Positions 24,820-42,990 of a DNA stretch of 64,000 bases are shown here, piece after piece. Position 1 is the stretch's first letter; every line of letters starts with the position of its first letter. Below the pieces are notes generated by a model. It saw only the letters and a program-made list of their open reading frames with translations. It was not told where the DNA came from and did no database searches. Source of the DNA: Dicyema japonicum. Lineage: Eukaryota > Animalia > Dicyemida. Position numbers and translations under genes: made by a program. The stretch spans positions 527,281 through 591,280 of the forward strand of contig RDEW01000006.1 of assembly GCA_011109175.1 (NCBI GenBank), given 5' to 3'.

Positions 24820-26749
24820 TACACTCGCGGTTACATACCGTTACGATAAATAAGATAATTTAAATTTTTAATTATATTTATTTATTTAAAATAAAAAAGA
24901 AAATAAATAAGTCTTTTGGTTAAGAGGCCATGATTACGAAAGTGTTCCTTCTTCTCACCACCATTTCGAGTCTCCGTCTCAACCATTATAATTGGAGATA
25001 TTTTGGCTTTCGCTGGCGTTTCCACATATAAAATGAGAATCATTCCTACTCTCGGTGACAAAGTTTGCACTACTTTCGCCATATGAATTTATAAGATTAT
25101 TCGACGGTTAAATCGGACGGCCCTTTCCATTTTCCAGACGATCAAAAGACTGACCATCACTTACCTTGGCTTGGTCTTTCTACTTTGACCTCCTTCGAGT
25201 TCTGCGCCAATCAGATAACCTAATGGATCTCCCGACCGAACATTTTGATAGTTGCTTTTATGTTAGCCACCGATTTTTTTCATTTGATGGTATTGGGGAT
25301 AAACAAATCTGTATTATAAATTGGTAAATTTATGTGTCTGTTTATGTCAATAGATTTGTGTCAACTATCGGCAATAGATTTGTGTCAAGAGTTTAATCAA
25401 TAAATGATTTTTTAGTCAATACAAAAAATGTTTAAAGATAACTTAATTTATGGGTTTGAATGGTCATGCTGTTTCCTCTGATAATAGCTATCCAGACAAA
25501 GTGAACTCTTTCAATTTGACTTTTTTCTGCGTAATAAAATACTCTTTTCTGCCCCAATGAAATACTCTACCAACATTGAAACTTTTGTCAAGAAGAGTGG
25601 TTCATCTCAGGTGAATCTTTCTCTAAGCAGCGGTAATGCAGAGTGTATAAGATTTTGCTAAGAACAAAGAGCTAAAATGAGTAGGTTACTGAGAGAGGCC
25701 GAGAACAACTACTCACTCTTAATTTAATGGTGATTTTTGGCTTACAATAAATATTATTCCTCTGTTTTTACTCTTGTCCAAATTCGTCCAATTTGAGTCT
25801 TGACATTGATGCATCTGATGATCATCCGGAAGGCAGAATTGTGATTCTTCTGTTCAAATAGGTTAGTGAATCTATATATGATGACCACAGCCGAGGCGTG
25901 GCAAGTGACAAGGTCTTCTCATGCTGAAGAACCTTTAATTCCGTCAATCTTCGGGGAGGGGGAGACATCCCAGAAGCTTGCTGATATCAAGAATTCTGAT
26001 TCCATTAGTAGAAACCCAGTCGTGGATCGTTTAAAGGCGCTAATGGTTGATTTTGTCACCGATGATATGATTTCCTTTTTGTTTGTTGAAATGTCGAATG
26101 GTCCAGCGTTTACATTTATTGAGCATCATGAAGTGATTCCTGATTGGGAGAATTTTTGAATTTCTAGTATAGGTCGTAAGTCGTGTGTTTTTGGACAGCG
26201 GACAATTGTTCTAGGCAGAGTTTTGAGCATCATATTTTTTCGAGGTTCGCTATTGATAAGCATGGACCTTAGGCAGGAGCATTGTTGAACTGACGATAGT
26301 CAGTAGTAAATAGCAGTATAGACGCCTTTTCGTACAATTGACTAAGATGATTTTTGGTCTAACCAGAAGAAACCCGTCTTCGCTTTGCTGTCTCCAGAAG
26401 GGAAGAGAGGTTATACCCATCTTTGGAGATACGACCGATTTATAGTATTCCTCAGGTTTATGTCGTCCTATTGATGCACTAGCTTAGTATCGCCAATTCC
26501 CCTCTGGTCTATTCTTAGATCATGACAAAGATAATCCATGACTTGGTGTCAGGTATGGTCATTTGTTGCCTGGATGGTCCTCCCACCAATATACAACTAA
26601 AGCGACCCTTGATAGAGATTCAAGAATTCTATAACAAATCCTCTCGGGAAATTTACGCCTCTTGAAGAGTACTAGGACATTTGGCCGACAGGACCCAAAA
26701 AAGAAACCCTTGCACGTACTGTTCGACGACAGGGTACAGATCAAATAAG

Positions 26750-27866
26750 AGACGGTAATGTTCTAACTGATGAACTTTAAAGTACTCTCAGAGGAGATGA
26801 TTTTGTGCTACACGATAGTGATGGATTGCTTACATTAACAACAGCAAGAAACCTTGATCTTATGTCTATGAAAGAACATTGGTTATGTGGTGGTACTTTT
26901 GATTCAGCTCCATTAGGTTTTCAGTTATACACATGTTACATTATGTGAAACATGTTCCATTAGTGTACGCTATTGCTAGAAAAAAATCTCAACAAATGTA
27001 TGAACAAATATTTTCAACACTGAAAGAGAAATTGCCAAAATTGAATCCACCATCATTTACCATAGATTATGATCGAGCAGCGATCAATGCTATCAACAGA
27101 ATTTTTCCAAATGCAAAAGTGTATGGTTGCTACTTTCACTTTGGACAGTGTTTTTGGCGAAAAATACAAAATCTAGGACTGTAGGCATATACCCAGCAAA
27201 CTTAATTAAAAGTATTCAAGCACTGTTAAGTCATTGAGAGTTTCCGAGAGCTCCTTGAAACTATAGATGACGAGACTGATGACGTGTTGGGAGATTTTCT
27301 GACCTATTTTGAGACATGGATCGGAGCCTTGCAACGTGGAAGGAGAAGAAGACCATTATTTAGTTTGGAAATGTTGAATGTACACGACAGACAAGCAGAA
27401 AACCTCCCAGAACTACGAATTCACTTGAAGGATGGCACAGATCTTTTTCACAAAGAGTGTCTATAAAACATCCAACTGTTTGTCGGTTTGTTGCAAAAAT
27501 ACGAAAAGAACAGTAGGAGTGGGAGCTCACAGTAAAGCAAGTGATGGCCGGAATAACAATAAGACAAGTAAAGAAGTACCAGGATGTGAACAAAAGGATA
27601 AACAGAATTATTGAAAAATATGATGAATACACTCCAGTATAATTTATGACTACGCTTTCTCATAACCTTTAGGTAAGTCTTAACTGTTTTACTTACAAAA
27701 CAGTGAGTATTGATGTAACTTTTTAACTCATTTTATTCGATGTTTTTATCTTGAATTTTATCTCTGAATTATAAACAATGTGCTAATAAAAGTATGGCAT
27801 ATATCTTAGTTATTTGTGCTAAATTTCCTGTAGGCCAAATGTCTGTCGGCTAAATGTCTGGACACC
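26750..27866 (+). mobile_element. Degenerate Mutator-like (MULE) transposase with 3' terminus
   Basis: 'WLCGGTFDSAP', 'PLVYA', 'FTIDYDRAAINA', 'GCYFHFGQC..RKIQ' and 'RTTNSLEGWH'. Ends in GTCGGCTAAATGTCTGGACACC, a MULE-type terminus. Confidence 0.8.
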
Positions 27867-28846
27867 TCTTGAAGGGATCTAAATTTAGGATCCCTTCACC
27901 TGAAAGCTTGGCCATCTCATCAATCCATCTATCAATCAAATCGGACCACCAATGGCTCTAAGATACTTGTGGGGGCGCCCAGAACATTCCCAACTTCTTT
28001 CTTTCACTAAGCCAATGTAATAATATATGCTAGCAGTAATTATATAACGAATGCCGGAGTACCGCTCAATTCTCGTCAACCAGGCCCCACCTGTGAGGTG
28101 ACGAGTCTTTCTGGAAGACACAGTTGTTGAAGGGTATCCTCTCCCTGGCCAACTTCACTGGTGAAGATTGGCATTATGGAAACTCGTTTTCCTAAGAATA
28201 AGTGATCTCCGCGACGGTAGGACATGTGATGAAAAAGAGGCCGGACCTACTTCTCCACCTCTCTTCAGAAGCGAAAGGCTGTAATGGACTATTAGAGGAT
28301 GGATTTGGTCGGCGCAAGTAGACGTTCTCCCTTAGGTCAATTCCTTGGATTATTTATTATTATAATGCACATTCGCAATAAGAAAGTTATATCTTTCCCG
28401 TCGCTTGTGCCACCCTCCGGATGATCCATTCTGTTAGAATCCTCTGCGCTCTTCAAGAGATTGGGATTTTTCGGACTGTCTAGATGACCTGCGTCTTCTA
28501 ATGCCATTTTAAAATGTTTTAGATCGATGTTCATTATTGATGGCTAAGTTGTCTAAAAACCCCTGAGCAGAGGAAGTATGATTCGTAAGCAAGAACGGAA
28601 TGATTCATCCCTAATATGTGCATTTGATTTAATTTTAATTTTTTAATTTAATTTTATTAACACCGAAATTTCTAGAAAGAAGATAAGAGTGCCCATTGGA
28701 TTATTTAGTTGTTATTATTTGTGATGGGTTATCAAAAATTGTAAACCTGGAGTTAATTTTATTTTATTAAATAAATAAAATAATAATAATAAAATAAATA
28801 TAAATTCAAATATATAAAAATTATTATTAATTTTCGTGGTCCATTA

Positions 28847-33744
<4,898 letters not shown>

Positions 33745-34069
33745 TTTTATATTTTGAATTAATATTTTATTTTTTAATAAATTTAATTTTATTAATTTGT
33801 CACAATTTTTTAATTCAAATCAACAAATAATTAATAACTTTGCCAGAGGTTCTACACAAGGACCTGACCAATGTAGGATGAAAGCTGAAAACAGGAGACG
33901 ATTTGGATACGCTCAGAATAATTGCTAGTAACCGTGTAGCATGGAGAAAGTCAGTCAAGGGAATTGTGGGAGAAAGAATAACCTGAAGAAAAATACGGCA
34001 CAAGCGGAACCTTAATTAAATAAATTACTTTTTTGGTTCTTCGAAAGTGCTATTAATAATAATAATTAA

Positions 34070-34370
34070 TTAACACAGCCATCCATCTAAAGTGGACCCC
34101 GCCGACATTATCGACGTTGCGTTGCCTCTCAAGATTGCAACAGAGATCAACTGGAGAAGCCACCGTGTCTTACCTCCGTCATCATTTTTTAGTTTAGCTA
34201 GGCGTCCAAGTTTCTTTAGGAAGCGAAGCGGTTTTCCACTTATTTTTCCAGTTGTCTCGACCACATTCGGATAGAACGCGAATCGGTCGCGTAGCGCTTC
34301 GTATTTCTTCTCCTTTGCCCTCATCGTTTTTTCCGCGGCATACAGTGTGTCTACCGCGCTCCCGACAATG
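34070..34370 (-). mobile_element. CRE-like retrotransposon 3' REL fragment
   Basis: 'KEKKYEAL..VVETTGKI..FLKKLG..WLLQLISVAILRGNATSI'. Confidence 0.75.
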
Positions 34371-34641
34371 TTAATTTAATATTATTTTAACTATCAAAAT
34401 TGTTCTTATCCTTTAAGAAGCGATACAAAGAACTCATCTTTATCCCCTCTCTATTTTGGAATCAGTCATTTCTCATTATCCAATGTGATAACCTCACAGT
34501 TAACATATGCCAGTTCAACAAATTGGTTTGCTGCAGAGATAAAATCTTTATGTGAACTTAAGATTTGAGGGAAGCACAAAGCAAAAGGGAATCCTTCGAC
34601 CGGGTGGGTAGCGGTGTTGGAATCGAACCCACAGAACCACG

Positions 34642-36495
34642 ATTATTATTATAGGCAACTATCATAGAAACATAATTGTTATATTTCCACACGTGCGGCA
34701 CTTAAAGCGATTTTTCGGATCAATCTCGTCCATCCTTTCCTGTTACATGCCAAACTTCTCATAGCATCCAGATCCTCCCTACTTACGAGCCTCCGGTTGA
34801 TTGCCTTGAGTTCCTCATCCACGGGGTAGTACGCGGGCGCATGAGGTACCGAGCAGGGCCACCCCGATATTCCCCCCACTATCTGCAAAACAGAAGGATC
34901 TTCGACTATCGCTAGAAAACATGACGAACACAGACAGGAAATGCTTTTTACAGTCGGAACGTACTAGGATACAGAGAAAAATCAGAAAATATAATAGTGA
35001 ACATGTTGCAAACGTTTTGGATGCCAGGCTAAAGGAAGTGGAGAATTTAAAGGATTGTGCGCAGATGTTCTTGGCAATGCTTAAGAGGAGGAACCAAAAG
35101 GGCAAATAAAAAATTCAGGATAACAAAGGGAATATGATTTTTGACGCTACGGAACAAGCCGAACTTATTGCTGCTCATTTTGAACGACTCTGAGTTGACG
35201 GGAAAATGTGGACCTAATCACTGGTAATGCAGGAAATCTTGTAAATGAAATCACGGTGGAGAAGTTATAAAAGCAAGAGAGACTGAAGTGCAATCGCTCG
35301 TCAAGACTGGATGGCATAAGTGCTGAGTTACTGAAGTACGGCCCAAAACCCTGGTGGAAATCGTGGCCAAAATATTAAACGAAATGTTTGCAACTAACGA
35401 CCTTCTTCCGTTGGACAAAGGAATTCTAGTGCCGATTCAAAAACCGAATAAGAGGGTGGGCCTTGTGGAAAACCTGCGACCAGTTATCCTACTCAATACG
35501 CTGCTCTGGTGGTGCTGGATCGTGTGCAAGAGCCAGTGAATGAATTCCTGTGATCGAGCCATAGTGGATTCAGGACAGGCAGATCACCGCTGATGTGGTC
35601 TGGGGATAGGTGGCGTTTATGCCACTTACCGAACTACAATTTTGGGGATTACATGTCGAGAGCTTTCGACACAATTCGCCGAGGAAAGCTTATTGATGCT
35701 TTTCGGGGATTCCTTAATAGGGATTCTGTCAAAATGATGGAAGTTTTATTGTCAAACACAGAACTGACGGTACGAGTTGGGAGTACGTCGTCCAGAAATT
35801 TTTCGACGACTGTTGGTACCCCCCAGGGGGACTCCCTTTCCCCTTTGCTGTTTGTGGTATACCTGGAGGTAGCACTGGGTGGTCTTAGAAGTTTTTGTAA
35901 TGGCCAAATCACCGAAATTATATACGCTGATAATGTGGATTTCGTATCGGAAAATAAAGCAGCCTTGAGGCGGTTACTTGACGTTGCCCCTGCAGAGCTT
36001 GGGAAATGGTTTCTTACGGTGAATACGACTAAAACTGAAATTATGGAAACCGTACGCATGGGATCAAGATTGGAAGAAGGATGGAGATGTTCCAGAAAGC
36101 TAGGACAGTGAGGATATAACCCAGAGGAAAGTACTATCGACGGTCGCACTGAACAGGATGAAGACGGATTGGTTGGCTAACAGACCGGCAACGATCGCGC
36201 TTCGTTTGCTTTCGTAAAGCCGGTCCCGCTATATAACTCTTCCTGCTGGTGGACCTCGGTCTCAGAAACCAAAAATCTTAACTCCTTCCACGGAAGGCAA
36301 TTACGAATACTGTGCGGGGTACAATGGCCAACACGGATCAACACTGAGGCACTGTACCCAAAGTGCTCAACGCGACCTGTGACTTGGGATGTGGTAGAGG
36401 CCCGATGGAGACTGTTTGACACGTCCTACAGATGGACCCCACATCACCTGCAAATTTGGCAATGGAGGAATATTTCGATGCAAGTGTTAAGAAAT
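34642..36495. mobile_element. RTE-like LINE insertion with 5' inversion (3' end on minus strand 34642-34848, body on plus strand 34849-36495)
   Basis: Same family and (TAA)n tail as the 15963 element. TSD AGAACCACG at 34633-34641 and 36496-36504. RT motifs PQGDSLSPLLF and YADN lie on the plus strand. Confidence 0.85.
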
Positions 36496-36603
36496 AGAAC
36501 CACGGTTAGGGAAATGAAAACTAAATGATAATTTATATTATTTAAAATTATAATATTAATTATTCTAAATTTAATAATATAAAATTTTAAATCATAGCAA
36601 CAA

Positions 36604-38100
36604 ATGAAAACTCAAATCGAACCGGGTCCCCTCGATTCGATAAAAAAACTAAAACTAAAACTACACATCCCTGGGGATAACTGGCTCTCTTATAACTTCC
36701 TGAATGGAAGCAAAGTAATTATGGACCTTTCTAAGGTGAGTCTGAATACCATCTCAGCCTTTGGATACTCAAAGTCACTCAGAATTGTAGACATTTCTAA
36801 CTGCGAATTAAAAGAGTTCCCCTACGTTGTTCTAAATTTTAACAAAATTGAGAGAATACTGCTCGACAATAATAAAATTGACTCCATTCCACCAGAAATT
36901 GAAAATCTGGAGTTTCTCAAAATTATTTCTATGGACAACAACCAACTTGGGGAAATTTTTATCAATTTTTCTTTGGAGGAATTGTCTCTGCGAAATAACA
37001 GCATTAACTCCCTGAAATGTGGGGAAAACATACAACTGAAATATTTGGATTTAGACAACAACGAATTCGACCACTTCCCTTCAGATGTCTTAAATTTGAC
37101 AAACTTGGAGTACTTCTTTATATCAAATAACCCTCTGAGGAGTGGAATTCCTAATGAAATCAGGAATTTAGAAAATTTGAAGGTTTTGTGTTGTTTAACC
37201 TGAAGATGTTGGACATTTCTGGCTGTAACCTCGACTCCCTCCCAAAAGCAATTCTTTCCCTGCAAAATCTGGAGACTCTGCTGACATCAAATAACAGGAT
37301 ATCTCACATCTCCGATGATTTGTCTGACCTCAAAAAGTTAAAAGTAATCTTATCCTGTTTTTGCAGACAGTTAATATATCCGACAACCCCCTGGACTCGT
37401 TGAGTGAGTCATTCGTAAACATATTATCCCTGAATATCAGCAACAATGTCTTAATTTCGCTAAAATCAGTGGCATCGTTAAAGCAGTTGTTGGTCCTCAA
37501 TGTCAGTGGAGTGGATTTATCCAAGAGTTCGAGTATTTTGAGTACTTTGACCGAATTGAAGGAATTATATGCTCAGAATTGTCAGCTTGAGTCCTTGGAC
37601 TTAATATTTCAAATTTCTCAGCATTTTGTTGTGCTGGACGCCGGTTCAAATTTGATCGAAAAAATCTCATATAAAATATCGAATTTGTTAAATCTCCAGG
37701 TTTTGGCTTTAAAAGACAACAAAATTACAAATCCTTCAGTAAAACTCCCAGAATCGCTGATTAAACTCGATTTAAGTTCAAATAGCATTGTGAATCCCCC
37801 AAATTTGACCCCAGCCTTGGAAGTGGTCGATTTAAGCAATAACTCTATTTGCAGCATCAATGACTGCTTGAAAAATTCCCAAAATTTAAAGGTACGGTTT
37901 TCTGACGAGTACAGAGTCTGAATGTCGCTGATAATAAAATAAGTGAGCTCCCCGTGAAGTTGGGACACTTGAATGGATTGAAACAGCTGAATTATGAAAA
38001 CAATCCAATCACATGGCCGACACAAACATTCCTAGCCTGCAAAAATGTCAAGAAAATAAAAAACTATTTACTTAACGCGGCAAATAATTCAGTTTTATAA
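36604..38100 (+). CDS. Leucine-rich-repeat protein, 4 exons
   Basis: Serial LxxLxLxxNxL repeats. Three phase-0 23-nt introns at 37183-37205, 37344-37366 and 37892-37914 join the ORFs in frame. Confidence 0.88.
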
Positions 38101-38339
38101 CAGGAATTCTTGAATTTCAATTTAGTTTTCTTGTGATGTGAATTAACACACTCTCGCCCTCCTATGCCAACCCGAGAAACTAACAACAAAGTCATCTTTC
38201 CATTTTTCCTTGTCATAAGCAAGCTCCTTAGTCCATCCAGATCCTATCCTTTTCTAAAGCATCTCCCGATTTTTGAAGGCTCCCCCATAATATCCAGTTT
38301 TCCTGAATTTGGAGAGTCGTGGGTTTTTTCTCAATTTAG

Positions 38340-38700
38340 CTTCTACCGTTGATCGAAAGAAACGATCGAATTCGGAGACGCAGCATCCCTTGTCTTTGCA
38401 TCGACTAACGAAAACGAGGCCTGGTTCAGAGTTCTCCCATGCGCCTCCTTTGAGACACTATTTATCGTAATTACAAGCAAGGAACATGAACCGATTCCAG
38501 GAGGCCTCGATCTCGGTTTAGAAAATCGATGCCGATGTGGGGGATGCTTACAGGATAGGACTACATCCGCTGTCATGCATACAAAGAGCCGGAGGATTTC
38601 CTCCCACTCCATTATAAACTCAGCGGCCATGGGGGCTATCAAAAATGCACGATACTTTCTCAAACGAATATCTCCTCATTCATCGTTGTGCGCGGGTCAA
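38340..38700 (+). mobile_element. CRE-like retrotransposon fragment (post-RT, zinc-finger region)
   Basis: 'EAWFRVLPCASFETL..GLDLG..CRCGG..H..IN'. Confidence 0.55.
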
Positions 38701-39058
38701 CATTAGAGATCGGTTCATCTTCCAAACGATTTCCGTTGAGAAGTCTGGCGTTCTTGGCCCAGCACAGCAAAGTTTATCAGGCTGATTTGGCGGTTTGCAA
38801 GACTCAAAGGTACCCCAGAATTACATGATGGCTCTTCCAGAACATTTGGCTTGCGTTAATGAGGGTTAACTCCCATTGCATGATTAACGCCAGCAGGCCA
38901 CTATGGAGACCATGCCAAAAAATGACTTTTAACTAATTAAATTTTTTTAATAATAAATTCAGATTTCTCAGACTTTTTTCGTGACGGATTTTTTAGAAGA
39001 AAAGTCAATATCCATACTTCCCATTTCATAATTAAAATTAAAAGTTTTTATCAAAAAG

Positions 39059-39130
39059 TGACCGGCATGGGATTCGAACCCACAACCTTCTGATCTGGAG
39101 TCAGACGCGCTACCGTTGCGCCAACCAGCC
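39059..39130 (-). tRNA. tRNA-Trp(CCA)
   Basis: GGCTGGTTGGCGCAACGGTAGCGCGTCTGACTCCAGATCAGAAGGTTGTGGGTTCGAATCCCATGCCGGTCA folds as a cloverleaf and is followed by a T-run terminator. Confidence 0.95.
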
Positions 39131-39617
39131 TTTTTGGTTTCAAAAATACTCTTCACTAATGGATGCTTACTTCCTTTAATTTTTCAATTTATAATTCCTT
39201 TTATCTCATCTACGGTCAAATAATCGTCGCGCCATTCCCCTTCATAATAGATATCAAGAACACCTGGAAGAACCACTTGTTTCCGCTGATGTCATGGCTT
39301 CTGATTTTGAACAGATTTTCCCGGTTTAAAGTAAAGCACATTCCATATACGCTTTACTATAAATGTGGTCAATCAATCACAATTAGTAAATTATTGGAAA
39401 AGTCTAACTAGTTTACTTATTGACCCATTTATCTTTTCCAGTGAAGGTTAACTTCGTCTCTTGGATCACTTTATTATCCTTCTGTAAGGAACGCATTTCC
39501 AGGACTTAGCTTCTGATCTCGTTCACATTCACTTGTAATCAGGTCTAAGTTAAGAAATACAACTCAAAAAGTAATAACGCCTATAGCCTTACTCTATTAA
39601 AGTCTTGTAATATTAAA

Positions 39618-40682
39618 TCAACTGTGCTTTATTCCCTTACCAAAGAAAGAGTCATATGCCAATCCAGCAAAAACAATACAAGTGGATATCCACTGATGGA
39701 CCATCAACTTATTCCCAAATATAATCACAGAGATCACTATAGTAAAGAATTTCCTAGTTGTTGTGTAAATCGAACAAATCAGTGGTCCCATGTGGGCGAT
39801 CGTCCCGAATATGAACAACTAAAATAAGCCATTTACCCAACCTGTCCGATCGAACTAGTCACTGCGGCACCACAAATCTGCAAGATGACACGTGGGTTTA
39901 ATTTTAAAAACTCCAGAAACCGCCAAACCTCCCCAGTATACAAAATAACTACAAGTCAAAAAACACTGAACCCAAAAAAAGCGCGATTGAAGACCAAAAG
40001 TTCATGTTTAGCATCAACACGAGGGGCTCCAGTTTATAGAATGACTTTATTCTGTCCTGTATCCCCCCAGTAAATCCGTCAAAGAGTAAAGAAACAGTCT
40101 AGAGTCACGTGCTTTTAAAACCAGCAAAAATATGGGCCATGAATCGGAGTTGGTCTTGGAGTCATCAGGTTTGTAGAAAAACAAGACAATTCCAAGTACG
40201 AGGATGAACACTGCGATGTACTTGTGGATGGAATATCGCTTTCTCCCAATGAGGACTCCAATGAAGAGCACGGAAATGGGCTTAACGGACTTTGCAAGGA
40301 CTTGAGCTGGGTAGGAGACGTATTTGAGGGAGGCGTTGCTGGAAATCATGGCACAGACATAAGTGAGAGCGCATGAAACAAAATAATAAATTGGAATTTC
40401 GCTTTTTACGACAAATTTACCAAAAATGACAAAATTGGCTAAAATTAGAAAATTTATTACAAAGCAGTGAGGTCAGAAACGAAGAAAGACACAAACAGAA
40501 AACCAGGGAGATGGGAAATTCGAATTTGACTCTTGCATTGTTGCTTATGTAGACGGTTTTTGTTCTAAAAATTAATTTGCCAGTAACATTTTTTCCTGAA
40601 AGTACCCATAAATTAAATAACTGAAAAATATCCCCGTAAAGTAGAATAAATAAAAAAAGAATTTCCTCTTGGTTGAGTCCAT
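39618..40682 (-). CDS. SLC35B1: Nucleotide-sugar (UDP-galactose-type) transporter, SLC35B1/HUT1-like, multi-exon
   Basis: YGYFQEK, SNASLKYVSYPAQVLAKSVKPI, FDGFTGGIQD, GPLICSIYTTTRKFFT. Introns are 22-23 nt. Confidence 0.9.
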
Positions 40683-40959
40683 CTAAAGTGTTGAATTAAT
40701 ACGTGTAATAATTTATTATTTTAAATTGAATTTTATAATTAATAAATATTTTATAAATTAATTTAAATTTTTGTTTTTTTGGCTAACCATTTAATAATAA
40801 GTTAAACTTTACCTTTTTTGATTTCCGGAAAACTAGTCATGTTTTCATTCCATGCGTCCCAATTCGGATAATGGTGTCTCTCATGTCAACAACAAACTTC
40901 CCCTGTGGTTAAAAATTCCAAAATCCTCGGAGTCACGTTTGACATGTCACTCAGTTTTA

Positions 40960-41300
40960 ACAAACAGGTTGAAGTACTTTGTACCAATGCAAACGAAAAT
41001 TAAACATCTTCCGAGTAATAGCTGGTCACTCGAACGGCCAACAAAGGAGTGAATTACCTTATTGTACAAGCAATTCATTAGGAAGACGTTAAACTATGTC
41101 TCTCAAAGCTGGGTCCCTTGCATAGCGCTCTCCTTCCTGCAAAAGTTGAAGCAGGTCCAAAGCTCAGCATTAAGAGCTGTATGGGGTGTTTGAAATCATC
41201 TCCCGTCGGGCACTTAAACTGGAAGTCGAAGCTCTAATCCACAGTTCTAAAACTCTACATAAGTTTTCACTTTTGGACCAAATCCTTTTGAGGACCTTGC
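40960..41300 (+). mobile_element. I/Nimb-like LINE post-RT fragment
   Basis: 'LLYKQFIRKTLNYVSQSW..LQKLKQVQSSALR..KSSPVGHL'. Confidence 0.6.
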
Positions 41301-42689
41301 AATGAAAACACGCTACGGTTTATCATTCATACGCATCTGTTTTTAACTCGAACGCAGAGTTTATAATCCCAAGGGGAGCATCAAACGAATATGAGGAGAC
41401 TCTCAAGAGAGGTCGGGATCACCAAATGAGTGTGTCTTTAGTAGTGGTGAAGTAAGGATGAAATGTTATATGATGTTATTTCTTTTGGCGTCACAGTCAG
41501 ATAAAATTACCTATGGTATTTTTTAGTGGCCCAGTGTTGCCATGTGACTACTTGATTGAAAGTTTCTCCTTCTTTCTAGTGGCGTCTTGGATTCACTTTA
41601 CATAGGAGACGCCCAATGACTGGCCGGCATTCAAAAGGATCCATCTTTTCATTCCACTGGGAACCATTCGCTTCTTGGAGACGAGTTCTTGTTTTGACCT
41701 GCCTAGATGAAGGCTTTCCTGCAGGAGAGTAGTAGCAGGCTATGTCTTGGAATGGCTGGCCATAGTTGGGGGAGCTGTGCAGTGGCAAATTTGCTATATC
41801 TGTGAGTGGTTGTAGACAATGAGGGTCAGAAAGGAGTACTGATCAAAAAGAGCGGGTACCATATGGCCACAGCTGTCAAAGAGAAGGAGCACCAAGGCTG
41901 TGATACGTTACAGCTCAAGAATGTCTATGAGGTCTTCGCATAGAATCTCGCTGCAGCGGAAGATGTCCCCCTTGAGGATCGCAGAGTTCCCTGCAAGAAT
42001 CCCTCGTAGTATGATTAACGGAGTAGGTTGTAAACTTCATCAATAAGGCTGTGGCTTATGTGGTGAAGGTTAAGCCAGTAGGGTTACTGGGTGACATCTC
42101 CCTGAGTGCTGTATGCAGTACAGATCACCTATTGGACTTGAAGTACAAACCCAGACCACCCAGTAAATGGAGGAGCAGATCTGTGACAAGATTGTTTGGA
42201 GACAGACAGAGCTGAAAGCACTGGAAGGGCACATAAGTAGAATTACTTAGCAAACGCCATGTTTCAAATTGGGACCTCAAAGAGTAGAAGGAAACTCTAT
42301 ACCTATGAAAGTCGTTGTAAGAGACGTAGAGAAAATAATCTTTTTGAATTTAATCGCATATTTAACTACACGAAAATGGCTAAAATACATGTTCCCAACA
42401 GGACGCGGAAATGTTTTCCACATAGGGAATATGTGGGAGGCTAAACCACGCAGAGAAAATGCGTGGATTATTTCGTAAAACTTACCCCGATCAGAGGCGT
42501 CGTACACGTATATGCAAGACCACAATATTTTTTTGAGGTCGATCAACAAATAAATGTCCACATTGTAAGTCAAGGAACAATTTCGGTTGGTCATTTAGCT
42601 ACTCGGTGGGATCCATGCTCTGCCACGACTATGCGTGGAAACATAACAAGGTATTGCGGAGTATTCATCTACTATGCAATAATTATAGT

Positions 42690-42990
42690 ATTAGCCACAT
42701 CAGAAAGTTACGGACTTGAGATGGGGCAGATGCTTGGTTGCAAGGTCCTCGTTATTCCAATAATAATGACGTAGGAAAGAATTGCAACAAAGTACCACAA
42801 GGGTTATCTAAAACAGTTCAGGGTAGACATGAAGCTTCAGGCCCATCTACAGTCAACTGTTTTAAAGCGGACCCTAGAGAGCCGTACATCGGATTATAGG
42901 AGGCAGAATCCGGAGATGTCATATGGGCAGAGGGATAAATTGAACAAGGCGCTCTTGGAGTTGTTTCAGCAACCAGAATTGAACCTGACT
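42690..42990 (+). mobile_element. R4/Dong-like 3' fragment
   Basis: 'EMGQMLGCKVLVIPIIMT..IATKYHKGYL..LQSTVLKRTLES'; closely similar to 50770-51200. Confidence 0.75.

Noticed and set aside
24930-25031. 33-aa Trp/Arg-rich ORF head-to-head with STK11 as a possible antimicrobial peptide
   Set aside because: It is too short to distinguish from chance, and an overlapping frame is equally open.
27870-27898. 29-bp imperfect palindrome TGAAGGGATCTAAATTTAGGATCCCTTCA beside the MULE end
   Set aside because: It is a single short hairpin with no second copy or other support for a function.
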